Shown here: piece by piece, positions 1 through 13,566 of the stretch
Position numbering within the stretch: the stretch's first letter is position 1
How the letters are laid out: each line of letters starts with the position of its first letter
Source of the DNA: Kudoa neothunni
Taxonomy: Eukaryota > Animalia > Cnidaria
Length of the DNA: 64,000 bases
NCBI GenBank assembly: GCA_964304625.1
Contig: OZ199839.1
Location: forward strand, 10,027,201-10,091,200
Reading direction: 5' to 3'
Made by a program: the position numbers and the translations under genes
Notes under the pieces: model-generated
The model's database searches: none
Told to the model about the DNA's origin: nothing
What the model saw: only the letters and a program-made list of their open reading frames with translations

Positions 1-1949
1 TTATATTATTTAATTAATACCAATAAATTCTTAATTTTAAAAGTTTTAATTTGAATATTACATAATAGCTATAATTAAAAAATAATATTATTTAATTAAT
101 GCCAATAAAAATTTGCTGCATAAGTTATCATTTTAAATTTTAAAAAATATTGAGATGCTACATCATCTTTCATAATTTAATAATAATAATTTGTTTTGAT
201 AAACCTTTTTGACTCTTTATGTATTTTGAATATATTAAAGTTATTAGAAGCTTTTATAATAATAATAATAATAATAATAATGAATATTCAATATATTAAT
301 AGCTTTTGGGGGGTTTCGTTATGTCTTAATTTCTAGGTTGATTTTATAGACTATTTATAATGGACTTCATAATAATATAGATGTAACTAATATAATATAA
401 TATTAATCAGTTTTTTTAGAAGGTGATTACGTGACTTGTGCCATTTAATTGTTGGATAGTTCATGACTTGCAATCTTCGAATCATCTAATTCCGTGACAT
501 TCCTTAAAATAGAATTTAATGTAATATAAAATTAATCTTTAAAAATAGTACTTAATAAATCTAATTATTCTTATATTGGGATAAATGTCAGTTAGTTTTA
601 AATATAATGAGTTTTAATTTTAATATTAAGTAATAACTCTAAATAAAGAATTATACTTCTAAACTAGCGCGAACTGCCCAGCTTCGCACGGGATTTGAAA
701 TATTTTATCGTAGAACATGTATATAAAATAAAGAAAAATATGAATTCTTTTCATTAATTTAGAGATAAAATTAAATTAATTCTTTTAATCCATATTTTTA
801 ACGGCTGTAATAAGCGCAGTTAAAATTAAAATCATATTTGGGAGATCATTCAAATATCAATAACTGTACAACTCGATGATAACTTGCGGCGATTATTTTT
901 TGTTTCTCAAATTAATATCTCTTTATCCGGCACATTTTCATACACTCTTTTATCAAAACAACGATGTAACACCTAGGTATAAACAAAAATATTTTAAATA
1001 ATTAGAAACTTATAATTTCAATCGATAAATTAAATCTTATTGCTTACAATTAAGTGTCACGAAATTTTAGGATCCAGGTTCAGTATTTAGGGCTTGAATC
1101 TCTCTGATTACAACATACGCAATTAAGTCTTAATTAATGTTGCAAATTTGCATATATATGTTATATCTAAAGTTATCTATAGAACTTTGATAGTGTTGTT
1201 ATAAAGTCGTATACAATAGTGTAGGGTTATTACGCACTTTTTTGGGACAAACCTTTTAGGTGCGTAGTATCCCTGCAGTATTCATCCCCCTCCCCGCGCA
1301 TTGTGTCAGATGTATAATACTAACACGCGGTCGAATTTTTTATTTAAAAATTACATTTTCTTTCTTATATTAATGAGAACTCGTAGGCATTAAGACAGGT
1401 TGAACGTTAAACAAAAAACATCGAATAAATACATTGCAATTAATCGAGAATATCTAGATCTGTTTTAAATAGTCAGCTATTTTATTATTCTTTTACTAAC
1501 CGCATCTTATTTTACAGACGGGGAGTTTCAATTTTGTTTTATTTTCTAGCACTGGTGAGTCATGAGCAAAAATATTTTTTCTTAATTTATTTAAATGCTC
1601 AATAATTTCATTAATTGATTAAATAATGCCAGTTTTTTCATAATTTTCATCAGTAAACGAATCATTCTTTGCATCCCATCCACTTGATTATTTATTGAGT
1701 TAACATAGTTATCTTCTTGACCTCTAAATGAAGTAATTTCTTCTTTAACACAATCTTCAAGTTGATTTTCTTGTGAATTACTTCCAATCGAAGGATTAAT
1801 GACTTCTAATCCGCAATTATTAAAAAAGATGATTTCTAAAAACAGTTTTTGGTTAAACTACAGTATCTGTATACGAACTTCGGGCGGCGTCAAGCATATA
1901 ATCTGAAATAACAAATTTATGTTATTCTGTAGATAATATCATTATATTC

Positions 1950-2533
1950 TTAAAAAGAATGCTTAATTCTGTTTTAGCATATTTTTATAAATAAAAAATT
2001 AGAAATATACTCCGATAAATTGTCGGGGTTTTTATTGGTAGAATTTCTGTGTTTTCCCTTGAATCCCCTAAATGGCTTCAATTCGTTTGGTGTGGTTTCT
2101 TTCAGGTGAAACAAATCTTTAATGAATAACTTTTCTGTGAGTGAAACCTATAAATTCCAAACTGTTGTAACCTCTCCAACCATCAGTCAATATTGTGGAA
2201 CCATCTTCAATATTATTCATAATAATATTTTTGAGAACTTATTGATTCCTAAATATGGTTATTTTAAGGAAACAATTACCGCTATCATCAATCCCGCCGA
2301 CCATCCTTTATTGTTGTTTTCGGAGAATTCTTCCAACATTATATTTTCGTTTTGAAACGGCGGTTTCGTCGATTTGGACAATAACTCCTTCACCACCTAT
2401 TTTTGAACAATCTTCGTCTAATTTTGGAGCCAAAATTTCAATAATTAGACTTTTCCATTCTGATATAGTCGAAAATTAAGCAATATCTAGATGGTATAGT
2501 ATGTCTTCTTAGCTGCTTTTTAGGTGTTGGATC
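1950..2533 (-). pseudogene. Merlin (IS1595/ISXO2-like) DDE transposase remnant
   Basis: Minus-strand translation with stops: IGGEGVIVQIDETAVSKRKYNVGR...MVGGID...ILTDGWRGYNSL...HTKRIEAI. Truncated at the hAT left end. Confidence 0.8.
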
Positions 2534-2541
2534 ATGTAGAG

Positions 2542-5132
2542 CAGGGGTCGGCAACGACCGGCCCACAGACCGTATTTGGCCCGCGATGCTTTCAACGATA
2601 AAAATTTTGTTTGACCGATAGAGATTGTATAATTTGTTTAATTTTAATAATCGATCGTTTCATTGCATAAAGATGTTTTATAGAGAATTAAACGGAGTTA
2701 ATTATATATTATCCAATTTTTTAAATAGAATGTCTATAAAACAAAATAAGTTATAATATTCTTAACATCAGTTTTTTAAGTATTATTACTAATTTTATGG
2801 TACTAGTCCTATAGTGAAGGAAGAAGTTTAATTACTGTGTTTTGCAATTTCGACCCCTCGTTTAATCATGGATAATATTAAGTTCAACAGAAATAAAAAA
2901 TTATATAAAATTAGTCATTTCTACGTAAAAACGTCGAGTGCCAGTTATATTTATATTTGGCTGAAGCGTATGAATTTTCCAAATTTATAACAGCGACGTT
3001 TCAACAATAATTTGCTCGATGATAAGATACAAACAAAAATTAAAACCAAGTAAGATATTATGGACACCTATTGTTGAGTTGTTATTGAAAATGAGAAAAA
3101 ATTTAAAGATTTACATGTTTGAACTTGTTAATCTCCCTTTGTATACGAAATGCATTGAAAAGGAAGGCAGGAAAGAAAAGTTGATTCTGAAAAAAGAGCA
3201 CTCAAAGAAGATTGGACAATAAACTACTTTTTTATTGAACATTTTGATAGATGTCTGTGTTTAATTTGCCAAGAAAGTGTCGCAGTTAAAAAAATTACTA
3301 ATGTTAAAAGACTACGAAACTCATCACAATCGTTACGACGGATTTACAGAACTAGAAAGAGAAAAAGAAATAGAGCGTATGAAAAAAAAAACTTGACAAG
3401 ACAATAATCATTTTTTACAAATCAAGTTGAAAATAATTGTAAAATTACTTTTGCTAGTTATGAAATATCAAATTTGATTGCGAAAAGGATGAAGCCTTTT
3501 ACTGATGGAGAATTTTTCAAAAAAAATGCTATTTAAAGTTTCTGAAATAGAGTGCTCTGAGAAAAAAAATTGTTTTCCGAAATCAGTTTGTCAGGAAGAA
3601 CTGTTGCGAGACGTATCGAAGATATAGCAGGAACTGTAAGAACTAACCTAATAAATGCCTTCGAATGCCTTGAATATTTTTCCATTGCTATCAATGAAAC
3701 TATCGATATGATTGATATCACACAACTTGCAGTTTTTGCGAGAGATGGAACATCTCAATTGGAAATTGTTAAAGGATTCGCACAACTAATTCCAATGAAA
3801 AGCATTACAACAGGAAAAAATATATTCAATTGTATCATGAAATGAACCCTAACACATCAAAATTAATTGGGGTTACAACGGATGGAGCAACAGCAATGGT
3901 AGGTGAAAAATATGGTTTTGTTACTTTGCTGGATAATTATGTTGGTAATAATAGAAGCCTTATTAAACTACATTGTATTCTCCACCAAGACACAATCTTT
4001 GCCAAGTCACTACCTTTTAAAGAAGTTATGACGTCTGTTACAAAATCTGGAAATTTTATTTTATCCAAGGACCTAAATCATCGTCAATTTAAAGAATCTT
4101 TGAATGACTTGGAAACTGAATACGGTGATCTGACCTACTTTTCTAATATTAGATGGCTATGTTGTGGAAACATGTTACAGAGTGTACGTTTTAAAAAATG
4201 AGATTTCCGATTTTCTAGCAGTTAAAAATCAAGACAACTCTTGTTTTCAAGATCCACAGTGGCTTGCCAAATTGGCATTTTTGACTGATATTTCCAATCG
4301 CATTAATAATTTAAACCTCGAGCTCCAAGGAAAAAACAAACTTGTGTCCGACATGTTTTATCAAGTTACCTCCTTTGAAAGAAAATTTCAACTTTGGGAA
4401 AATCAGCTTCAAAAGGTCAATTATTCTCATTTTCCTAACTTGCAAAATCATAAAAACGATATACAAGTTGATTTGTTTTCAGCCGGTGTTACTGATTTAA
4501 AGGATGAATTTTCTTCTCGATTTCACGACTTTCGAAATTACAAACATAATTTTGAACTTTTCAGTACCCCGTATGGAATCGACGTAGAAGAAATAGATGA
4601 AAGGTATCAATTAGAATTAATTGACTGCAATCAAATAAGGATCTGAAGTCGAAATTTTCAGGAGTGTCTACTATAACTTTTACAAAAACTATCTATTGCC
4701 GACTGGAAAATACAAACATTTATTGGAAAACTCAAAACTAATGATATCGCTATTTGGGAGCACTTATGCATGCGAACAGCTATTCTCGAAATTAAAATAT
4801 ACCAAAAGTCCGGTTGCGGAATAGGTTACGTGGTGACATCTTGTTGCTCTCTACAACGAAGCTGGATATTTCTATCTCTGAAGTAGCGAAGAAAACAAAT
4901 TTCTCATTAATTATTATATATCAATTTTACAAATAAATTCAGGAAATTAGTTTGTTTTTCTCGCGTTGCATTGAAACGATATAATTATAAATGTCACAAT
5001 GCAAATGTTTTAGCCAGTATCCACCTGCATTTTAAAAAATTCATTACAGCTAAATGATTTATATATTCTGACCCGCCTTCTAGCTCGGCTTGATTATTCA
5101 GCCCGGAAATCCGAATGGGTTGCCGACCCCTG
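2542..5132 (+). mobile_element. hAT DNA transposon, Buster/SPIN (GTF2IRD2-like) type, full length but decayed
   Basis: Perfect 14-bp TIRs CAGGGGTCGGCAAC (2542) / GTTGCCGACCCCTG (5132). Flanking 8-mers both fit nnnTAnnn. Contains a frameshifted transposase. Confidence 0.92.
3150..4910 (+). pseudogene. Frameshifted Buster-family hAT transposase
   Basis: Consecutive ORF pieces: KRKVDSEKR..CLCLICQESVAV, SLSGRTVARRI, FSIAINETID, TTDGATAMVG, HCILHQ, RWLCCG, WLAKLAFLTD, FGSTYACEQLFS. Confidence 0.88.
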
Positions 5133-6094
5133 CTCTATACTATACCATATGAATATGTCTAATCTTATGAAACATCAACAAATGAATTTCATATTAATGC
5201 TTGGCTACATAACCTACTATTACCTTCCTTATTTGAACTAATTCAATTACTAAATTAATTTTTAAAAATTTTAAAGTTAAATAAAACACTATGATACTTA
5301 TAAAATTAACTTTTTATAACTTTAACGAAATGACCTATATGTTTGCATAAATCCTCTAATCATGTCAATTATATCACGTGAAAATGTTTTTAGTCATTTT
5401 GCAGGATGCCAATCTTTTATAATTTTTTACGTATTTTTCTGTGTTTAAATAAAATTTTATCTATCCATACATGTGCTCAAATAGAGCGATATATCTCTCT
5501 ATAAAGAATGAAAAATGCGTACACACGGATACACACACACGGATTACCGGTTTGCTTTATATAGAAGATAAAGAATTAATATCAATAAAAATTTGATGTT
5601 TAAGATATTAATTTTCATTTTTAAAATACTGAGATGATATATATATTTATATTGTTAAAATATTTATGATTTATTTTGCTAATTTGTATATTTTGATTAT
5701 ACTAATAACTAATAAAATTAGTAACTTTATAATAAAGATATTTAATATATTCAGGGTTGTGTTAACTTTTCGTTAGATTTAAAACATAAAATCTGACCAT
5801 ATTGACAATATTTATAATGGGCTTTATAAAAATGAAGATCCACTCCAATATAATATAATATAATAATATTTATCAGTTAAGTTCAGTTCAGTTTTAGATG
5901 ATCATTAGAGGATTTTATGGCAATTAATTATTTGAGATTTCAGTACCTACAATAGTCAAATCATTAGCAATTCTGAGGTAATGCTTTTATATGAATTTGA
6001 ATAAATATACAATTAATAGAAAATAAAAATATATAAATAACTGCTATAATAAAATTCATATATTAAAATAAATTAAAATAATATGACAAATGGT

Positions 6095-9000
6095 CTAAAT
6101 GTCAGAATGAGATCTGTTTGAAAACACATATTTTATAATGAAAGCCAAAATAATCACAAACGCGATTGGGATAATAATTGCGGGAATTATTAATCTAAAA
6201 AATAAACGTCAACTATTTATAAATTATTTTACCTTAATTTCCCCCTAAAAGATAATTAAGTTCAAATATAATAAAAATCGGAACTTTGTGTTCGATTTAA
6301 TTGGACCAGATTTTTCTGTGACATCATTCGATCCATGATCAAAATTTTCTGATTTTATCAATAACACAATGAATAACATTGTAATTGGGAAATAAGCAGT
6401 ACCTTCTTCATAAATAACTGTCGATCCACGTATATTTTCATCATCTGAGTAGTAGATTGTTAAATTATAGTTAAGATGGAGATAGCCTTGCAGGTTGGTA
6501 ATAGAAAACATTTCGCATAATGGCGTGCTTTCTCCGCAATCAGATTCATCATTCCAAACACATTGTTTCAGAATTATTGAGTTTTTTAATGATTTTATGG
6601 AACTAAGCTTCCAATAACACTTTTTATCTGTTCCTCTTATATTTTTGGGGAGTAGCGCCGTAACATTTAGTTGATTTGTATACCAGCGATGTATTATGTT
6701 AATTTTTTTTGAATCTACAATAAGAACATATTAGTTAAATAAATAAACGGTTATTAATCATTAACCCTTTCTTGTACTAATTTTGTCGTGCAGTATGAAT
6801 TGAATATATCGGATGAAAATGCTTAGTTAAACCGTTAAAAAAATTAGAACTCTCACGAAAATTTTAATCAGTTATTATATCAAATTACAGGAAAAATAGT
6901 AATTAAATATAAATTGTCTCCGAATGTACTATAACTACGTAAAAATTTCTAAAGCCCTAATAAAGTATTAAACACTTATTTTCTGTTTGATTTATAAAGA
7001 ATGGCTTAATATAATCAATATGCTTATATTAGGCATTTTATTTTGTGTATTCACGCCAATTTTGATGCCAAATTCTCATTTCGAAAACTATCCCGTATAT
7101 AAAGATATTTTTAGATGTTATATTTTAATATTGTCTTATAATAGATTTCCATTCCATACCTCTAAAGTATTTAACGTTAAAACTTATAATATTTTTATAC
7201 GAAAGATAGGGTTTTAGTATATGTTTTTTCTCGCAGATTATGTAGCTTATATAACGATAAAAAATTAAATAATGACGTATCAGACAATATATAAAAATAA
7301 TCCCTATATAACTTTTTGAGTTATATATGAATATTTGTAAATAAAAAAAATTATATTTTAATTTAATCATTTATGTGATATATCTCGATTATTCATATTA
7401 ATAAATTACATTGTTTAAAAGAAAATATTTCTGTTATATCTAATTTTATTCCGGTGTCATAATAAATGTAAATATTTTTATTTTTTTTTCAATTAGGTAA
7501 AAATCATTATAACATCTAAATTATTTTGGAAAAATATTTAAAACAGTTGATCGTGAAAATGTAAACATTTCTTCTTGTCATTTAAAATTTCAATTAAATT
7601 TGACAAGAAAAGGTTAAACATATATTTCATAACATTTAATTAACCTTGTGGAACTGTTATACATGTTGTTTCCGATAATTCTATTTGAGGCTTCACACAG
7701 ATCACAAATTCTTTTGAGCCATCAAAAGGGTCAACAAACTCCATGATATCGCAAGAAGGAGGCATTGTACATGAGCTTTTTATCTCATTTGGGATTTGTG
7801 TAAAGTTCCCATTGCTGTTTAATTTCGGTTTTAAAACTGACTCATTATCGACGCAAGAATATAGTAGTTTGTATCCTCCAATATGCTCAACAAAAACGGT
7901 ATAATAACAGATGAAATCTGAGGCTATTAAGCATGGGAAATCTCCATAAATCTGACATTTTTGGGTGCGATAGCCGTGATGAAACTTTAAACCGCATTCA
8001 ACTTATTATTAAACATATTAAGTATGAAATAAATAAAATTAATGTGTGGTACTTGGAACAATGGCGGCGTTGAAGTCCATATTTATTTGAATTTTAATTT
8101 TATAGTTCAAACTAGGAACAAGCCCAAAAATTTCATATTCCTTATGACATAATCCACGGCAAGATCGGAGACCCACACATGATGCTTCGTAGTACAAATC
8201 GATTTCCATTATGCTGATGTGATAGGTACAACTAAGACTATATCTTGGATTTGGCTTCTTTTCCAGGTTTCCTTTTATTTTGTATACACCTGGTCGTTTA
8301 CCTGGAGATAAAGTAAAATTTTTACTAATGTCATATCCTTCTATTATTTTAAATATTTTGTATTGAGAAGTGAATCATATCATTGTTACTTGTTTCAAAG
8401 TATACCTTTTCAACATGTAGAATATCGTTCTGGGTACCCAACCTGATAAATATTGAGTATTTTTCGCCCTCATATAAACCAGTTATTGTTATCGGAGAAC
8501 ATACCTGTTCGCAATTTATGCTTTCTTCGCAGTTATTTACATTACCAACAATTACATTAGGCGAATCTCCCCAATATACCGTTGAATTGCAAAAAATGTA
8601 TCCAGAAATTTTTCCATTAATTTGATATCTGAATAAAGATTTATCTAATACTATACTTGAGTTTGTTATATCCGAAATAAGCCCATGAGTAAACTTTTCT
8701 CTGTCCCAGAACGCTGTAAAATTAAAAGGTAACTTGATAGAGATAAAATAAAAAATACCAAATTTCTCCTCGATATATCCAGAATTTTCCACCTCCAAGT
8801 CATGATCCTTTGTTCTTATTCTCATTTGTACAATTGGAGACAAGTCATGATAAAGTCTAATATCTTTGCATGGTGCATAACATTCTTGGTTTATTTCGCT
8901 TCCGCCACAATCAGACTTATATTCATAATTGAGTATATTCGCAGATTTACCTCTAAGACTGAAATGACATATTTCTGCCGAAAAATCATTGGTGAAAGAA

Positions 9001-9812
9001 ATAATATATTGATTCCTCACAGATAAGGCTTTGTATGCCACATTGTATTGTGGTTTAAAAATTTCTATATTAGACTTCATGTATTTGTTCGGCATAAAGT
9101 AAAAATAATTAGGTTGATATGTACAATTTATTTCAAATTGGAGAAGGTAATTGTAAATTTCGTAAATATCAAAATAGAAACCTTCGTATACATCGTCACC
9201 TACCAATTTTTTCATTCCTCTTAGTGTATCACCATAATATAACACGCAATCACCAAAAAAATATGTTTTTGCTATAATGTTTATGAAATAACCTTCAAGT
9301 TCTAGAGTTACTTGAATATTGATCAAAATAGCTAAAACTTTATGAATAAGAAACTCAAGGCGTAATTCTTACGTTTTGGAAACCCAATTATAGTTGGTTT
9401 CATTTTATTCACTTCATCACCTGCCTTCCCAATTCTAACCATGGCATATCTCGATTTTGTTGAAAGGAAATAATAGGCGTATATTCCGGTTTCACAAGAA
9501 AAATTACAATAATTCTTTAATGGAGAGATATCTTGGGGTTGGTTACATGTTTTCGTTGAAGTGGTAATTTCATCTAGGACAATTATTGAAGCAAAACAAT
9601 ATTCGGTTTCATCTATCGCGCGTTTATAATTTAAGATTAACTTTGGTTTTTCAACGCTTGTATCAATTCCATATGTAATAATTCTAATTTCATCCTGAGA
9701 ACTCAGATAAAGAATCATGTAAATGATATCTTTGTTTGAGAAATTAAAAAATATATTTATTAAAACTTTTACATAAATAAGAACACGAGGTTTGACGAAT
9801 GGTGGGTTTCAT
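6095..9812 (-). CDS. Type I membrane protein with tandem 4-Cys FN3-like modules, paralog 1 (10 exons, about 800 aa)
   Basis: Spliced model with GT-AG introns at the same positions as paralogs 2 and 3. N-terminus MKPTIRQTSCSYLYIIYMILYLSS. FN3-like motifs ITITGLYEGEKYSIFI and FGLVPSLNYKIKI. 12-nt microexon at 6233-6244. TM LIIPAIIIPIAFVIILAFII, tail KYVFSNRSHSDI*. Confidence 0.85.
6765..7613. mobile_element. Non-autonomous piggyBac-type MITE in intron 6 of paralog 1
   Basis: TTAA|CCCTTTCTTGT ... ACAAGAAAAGG|TTAA. Removing it shrinks the 930-nt intron to 77 nt, close to the 82-nt homologous intron of paralog 2. Confidence 0.8.
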
Positions 9813-10117
9813 TGGGAAAATAATTTTTACGCTTCTCCAAATATTCGTTTTTACTCAAAATTTAAAATAATTAAGTAGATTAATATTTTATTAAGTAAAT
9901 GATATATTATCTATTTATTTCATCGTTCCCAATACTATTAATTAAAAATACTAAATATCAAATGTATAATTAAAAAATTATTAAATATCGGTAGATTAAG
10001 AGGTTTTCTGAGAGTTTATCTACAAAATACGTCGTCTGGTGCGTAAGTCGAATAGTATCGTAAATTTAATATTTTATTATTCTATTATTAGTTTCTATAA
10101 ACTGACATAATATTTAA

Positions 10118-12120
10118 CCCTCCCTTGATTTTGGGGTTTAATCTACCCCAATGTGATTTTAAAATTCATATATCTCCATATGTTGGAAATGATAGAATTT
10201 AAGATTCTATGAATTTCTGTAACATAAATTTCATTTTAATTTTAGACCAAAATATTTTTTAAATATTACATTAAAATATTTATTGCATGTTTATCTTTTA
10301 AAGTATTTTGGATAGAAATTACCCCATTCATTTTTTTCGTTTATATTGAAAAACGCGTTTAATTCTCGTATATATGTTTTTATTAGCACAATTGAAATAA
10401 ATTTACATCTCTCACGCTGTTTAATTGTGGTTTAATTTTCTTCAGTAATAATTCATCAACAATCAGTGTCATAATTTCATATTACATTTAGACTCATCCA
10501 TATAATTAAATATAGCGTTCAGCGCAAGAACATTAATTTTGAGGAATATTTATTTTGAACAATCTAACCAATTATTTGAAGAATGTATTGGTCAATAATA
10601 TTTGTAGCATTTAGGGCATCATCTTAAAGTTTTTTATAATTTTTTCGATAAAAAAAGCTCACATCGTGAATTTATGTTTACGGGTGGATCCTGATGAGAA
10701 AAGTTTGTTTTATTGAAGTTCCTTTTGGCCGATACATTAGAAGAATGTGTGACCAACCACGGATTATACAGTTGCACTGCGATTTTCTTTAGGAAGGTTC
10801 GTCTATTCTTTGATTCATAAAATATTTCACTATAAAATGCAAAAGCATTAACCGATAACAAGTCGATTATGTTTCATAATAAGACCAGAGGTTATCTCCT
10901 CTTAAATCGACGAACAGAAACCGTCGCGTGCATCCTGTCGACATCATCTACCCCGACCTTGGTTTTATTATAATCCAACATTAATTGTATAGATTGAACT
11001 TACGGTATTCCCAAGAAGCAGAGTTATCATACTTGCTGGAAGTTAGAAGAATAACAGATTTTCCTTTTTTACCACACGATAACAGAATTTATTTATCGCG
11101 AAACAACAAAATTCTGGAATAAAGTGGTCTTTTTCTTGAAGATTAACGACAAGATGATATCTCTTATTTTTCTCATTGTTCCCAAAAGGTCAACCTTCTT
11201 TCCAACGATTTATTCGCGAGAGACATCGATGAGAAGAAATTATCCGCGACAAAATTTAGGCAAGAATCAAACAAATGAGTTGTGAGGTTGAGTACGATGT
11301 TTTCACCTATATTAGCTTGTCTGTCCGTCTCAGCATTATTCTTTCCCAAGTAAACACTGGTATTACAGACGTAGTTGACGATTGAATCAACCAGTAGAAC
11401 AAATTTTATATCATATTTTGCCAGCTTCTTGGGCATATACTGGTTGGAGGACATGTTCATCGGAACGGAACCAATTGTTCATCCACAGTAATATCCTCGG
11501 TCGGAGCAAAACATTTAGGTAGCACGCCAATCCATTTCTCCCGTATATCACGAATGACACAGAATTTGTCCAAATTTTTACATTCTTCGCGTGTATTAAA
11601 ATTATCGAAACGTAATGATCGAGAAATATGTTTTAAGCGGCAAAGTGAAAATAATTGTGGATAGATTTCTCTTCCTTCGTTCCGGCTGATTAACTCAGTC
11701 AAAGGTTCCTCTCTAACCTTGTAGGTGGTCTTGAGGATTAACAATTCTAATTATCCTCCAAATTCTACCAAATCAAGATCGTACCATTGTTCACCGAAAT
11801 AATGTTTTCCAAGAAAAATGATATCGTTACTTGTTTCATTATTAAAAAATAATGAAAAACAGTCCAACATTTTTTTTATTTTGTTTGAGCATAACCAGGG
11901 GGTCCAGGAAATGGATACCTTTTATTCTCCGAACCTCTTTTGTTGGACTAGGCTTCGAAGTACCCCATCAAATACCACCTATACTCGTAAGAACATCGAT
12001 TCGGATGTCGATTATTTCTACTCGTTTAAAAATTCTTACTCGTCGTAAATGTGATCTTCACACTCACTTTCCGAAAAACAGAATTCATCGTACAAATTGT
12101 CTAAATCGCTAAATCCCATT
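10118..12120 (-). mobile_element. Decayed piggyBac element with frameshifted transposase
   Basis: TTAA|CCCTCC end at 10118. ORF pieces LRFDN...TVDEQLVPFR, YMPKKLAKYDIK, VADNFFSS, YNKTKVGVDDVD, NAF. The other terminus was not found. Confidence 0.85.
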
Positions 12121-12586
12121 ATTTAATATGGTAATGTTTATTATTATATTTGATCAATACGTGTTTATGTATTTTATTAAATATAATTCGTTCTTTTTGA
12201 ATACCTCTATATTTAAGTAAATTCAAAACTTGATCATAATATTAATTTTATTTAGCAATAATACTATGATTATTACAAGAGAACATTTCAGTTGTAATTT
12301 TTATGTGAATTTTATTGTTCAAAGTTAAAATTATATTAATTTTAATATTTTAAATTATTAATTGTTAGTATCTATATTTGGTTAATTTATTAATTATTTT
12401 TGAAAAAATTATTATGAAGGATATCAACGTTGTTAATTTTTTGTTTTTCTAGCCTAAATAATTCATTTCTAAACAATTAAAATTTATTAATATACATTTT
12501 AAACGTGATAATTAACTACCTTATTTATTTATATTAATAATATTACAATATAATTGGGAATACTATAAAGAAAAGTTACCTTAAAA

Positions 12587-12610
12587 TATATATATATATA
12601 TATATATATA
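12587..12610. repeat. (TA)12 microsatellite
   Basis: Read directly. Similar shorter (TA)n tracts lie near 28802, 33929, 54237 and 59045, and an (AAT)n tract at about 256-281. Confidence 0.9.
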
Positions 12611-13566
12611 CGTTTGGAAAGCATTAGCAGAAAATGTAGTCCAAGCCGCATACGTTTGACACGTTTGGGATTCGCATGCAAGAAAAATTAGCAACCACTA
12701 GTCAATAATTATAACAACCATTGAGATCACAAAATTAAGTTTAACATTATTATATTGAGATAATTAATAATTAATGTTAAGAACGATCTATTAATTTATT
12801 ATTATAATCATAATTCTAAATTATCTTTGTTTTTTTACGAGTTCCCGTGTGATGTACGCTTAGAGAGCAGACCATTCTCATTATATATATTTCTTTAAAC
12901 CCGATTAAATACACAATAATTATTGTCGAATTGTATTCATTTTTCCATTCAAACAAAATATATTCCGTCGAAATTAATTTTGATGAAAATTTAATAAAGC
13001 GACCAATGAGACCTATTATAAAATATTTATAATTTATTTGTCCAATAATCCAAGTTATTAACACATTAAAAACGAATATGTCATAGCTAGTAGGTATCCT
13101 TTCTAACTATAATAGATATAATTAGTAATATCACTATATCATTAATTATCAAATAATAATTTCAACGTTTGAATAAAAAAGTATTAATTTTAGCAAAGTG
13201 TATTATAAAGTAATATTTTAGTTTTTTATTGTTAAATAAAAATAATTATGAAGCCGCTGTCATTACAGACACAAAATGCAGGATTAAATGATTAAGAATA
13301 ATAAGAAGTATCTTCTAGGCGTGTCTAACTCATTATATTTAATTAGTGTTGAGGCCTTAATATTCTTTTCGTTAATTTTTGTCTAATATTTTGAAGACAA
13401 ATAGTGAGAGGTAATATCAATTTATTATTCATATAAATAAGAAATATGATTACTTTATTATATTGTTAAAGTATTATTTAATAAATAATTATTGTTTAGA
13501 AATACATTGATTTTATTGTTTTTCATACCAGTTGGAGAAATATTATATCTATATTCTTGAAGCATT

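Larger units (their letters stand above)
664..5568 (-). mobile_element. Non-autonomous Helitron-like element hosting nested Merlin and hAT insertions
   Basis: On the minus strand it starts A|TCTTCTATATAAAG (5568), followed by a CA/GT-rich tract (5520-5540). It ends in a GC hairpin (GCGAAGCTGGGCAGTTCGC) immediately before CTAG|T (664). That both ends belong to one element is inferred. Confidence 0.55.

Noticed and set aside
2122-2479. Plus-strand ORFs of 77 and 74 aa (likewise 8383-9026, 36709-36948, 60637-61029)
   Set aside because: Antisense shadows of minus-strand transposase remnants or real exons.
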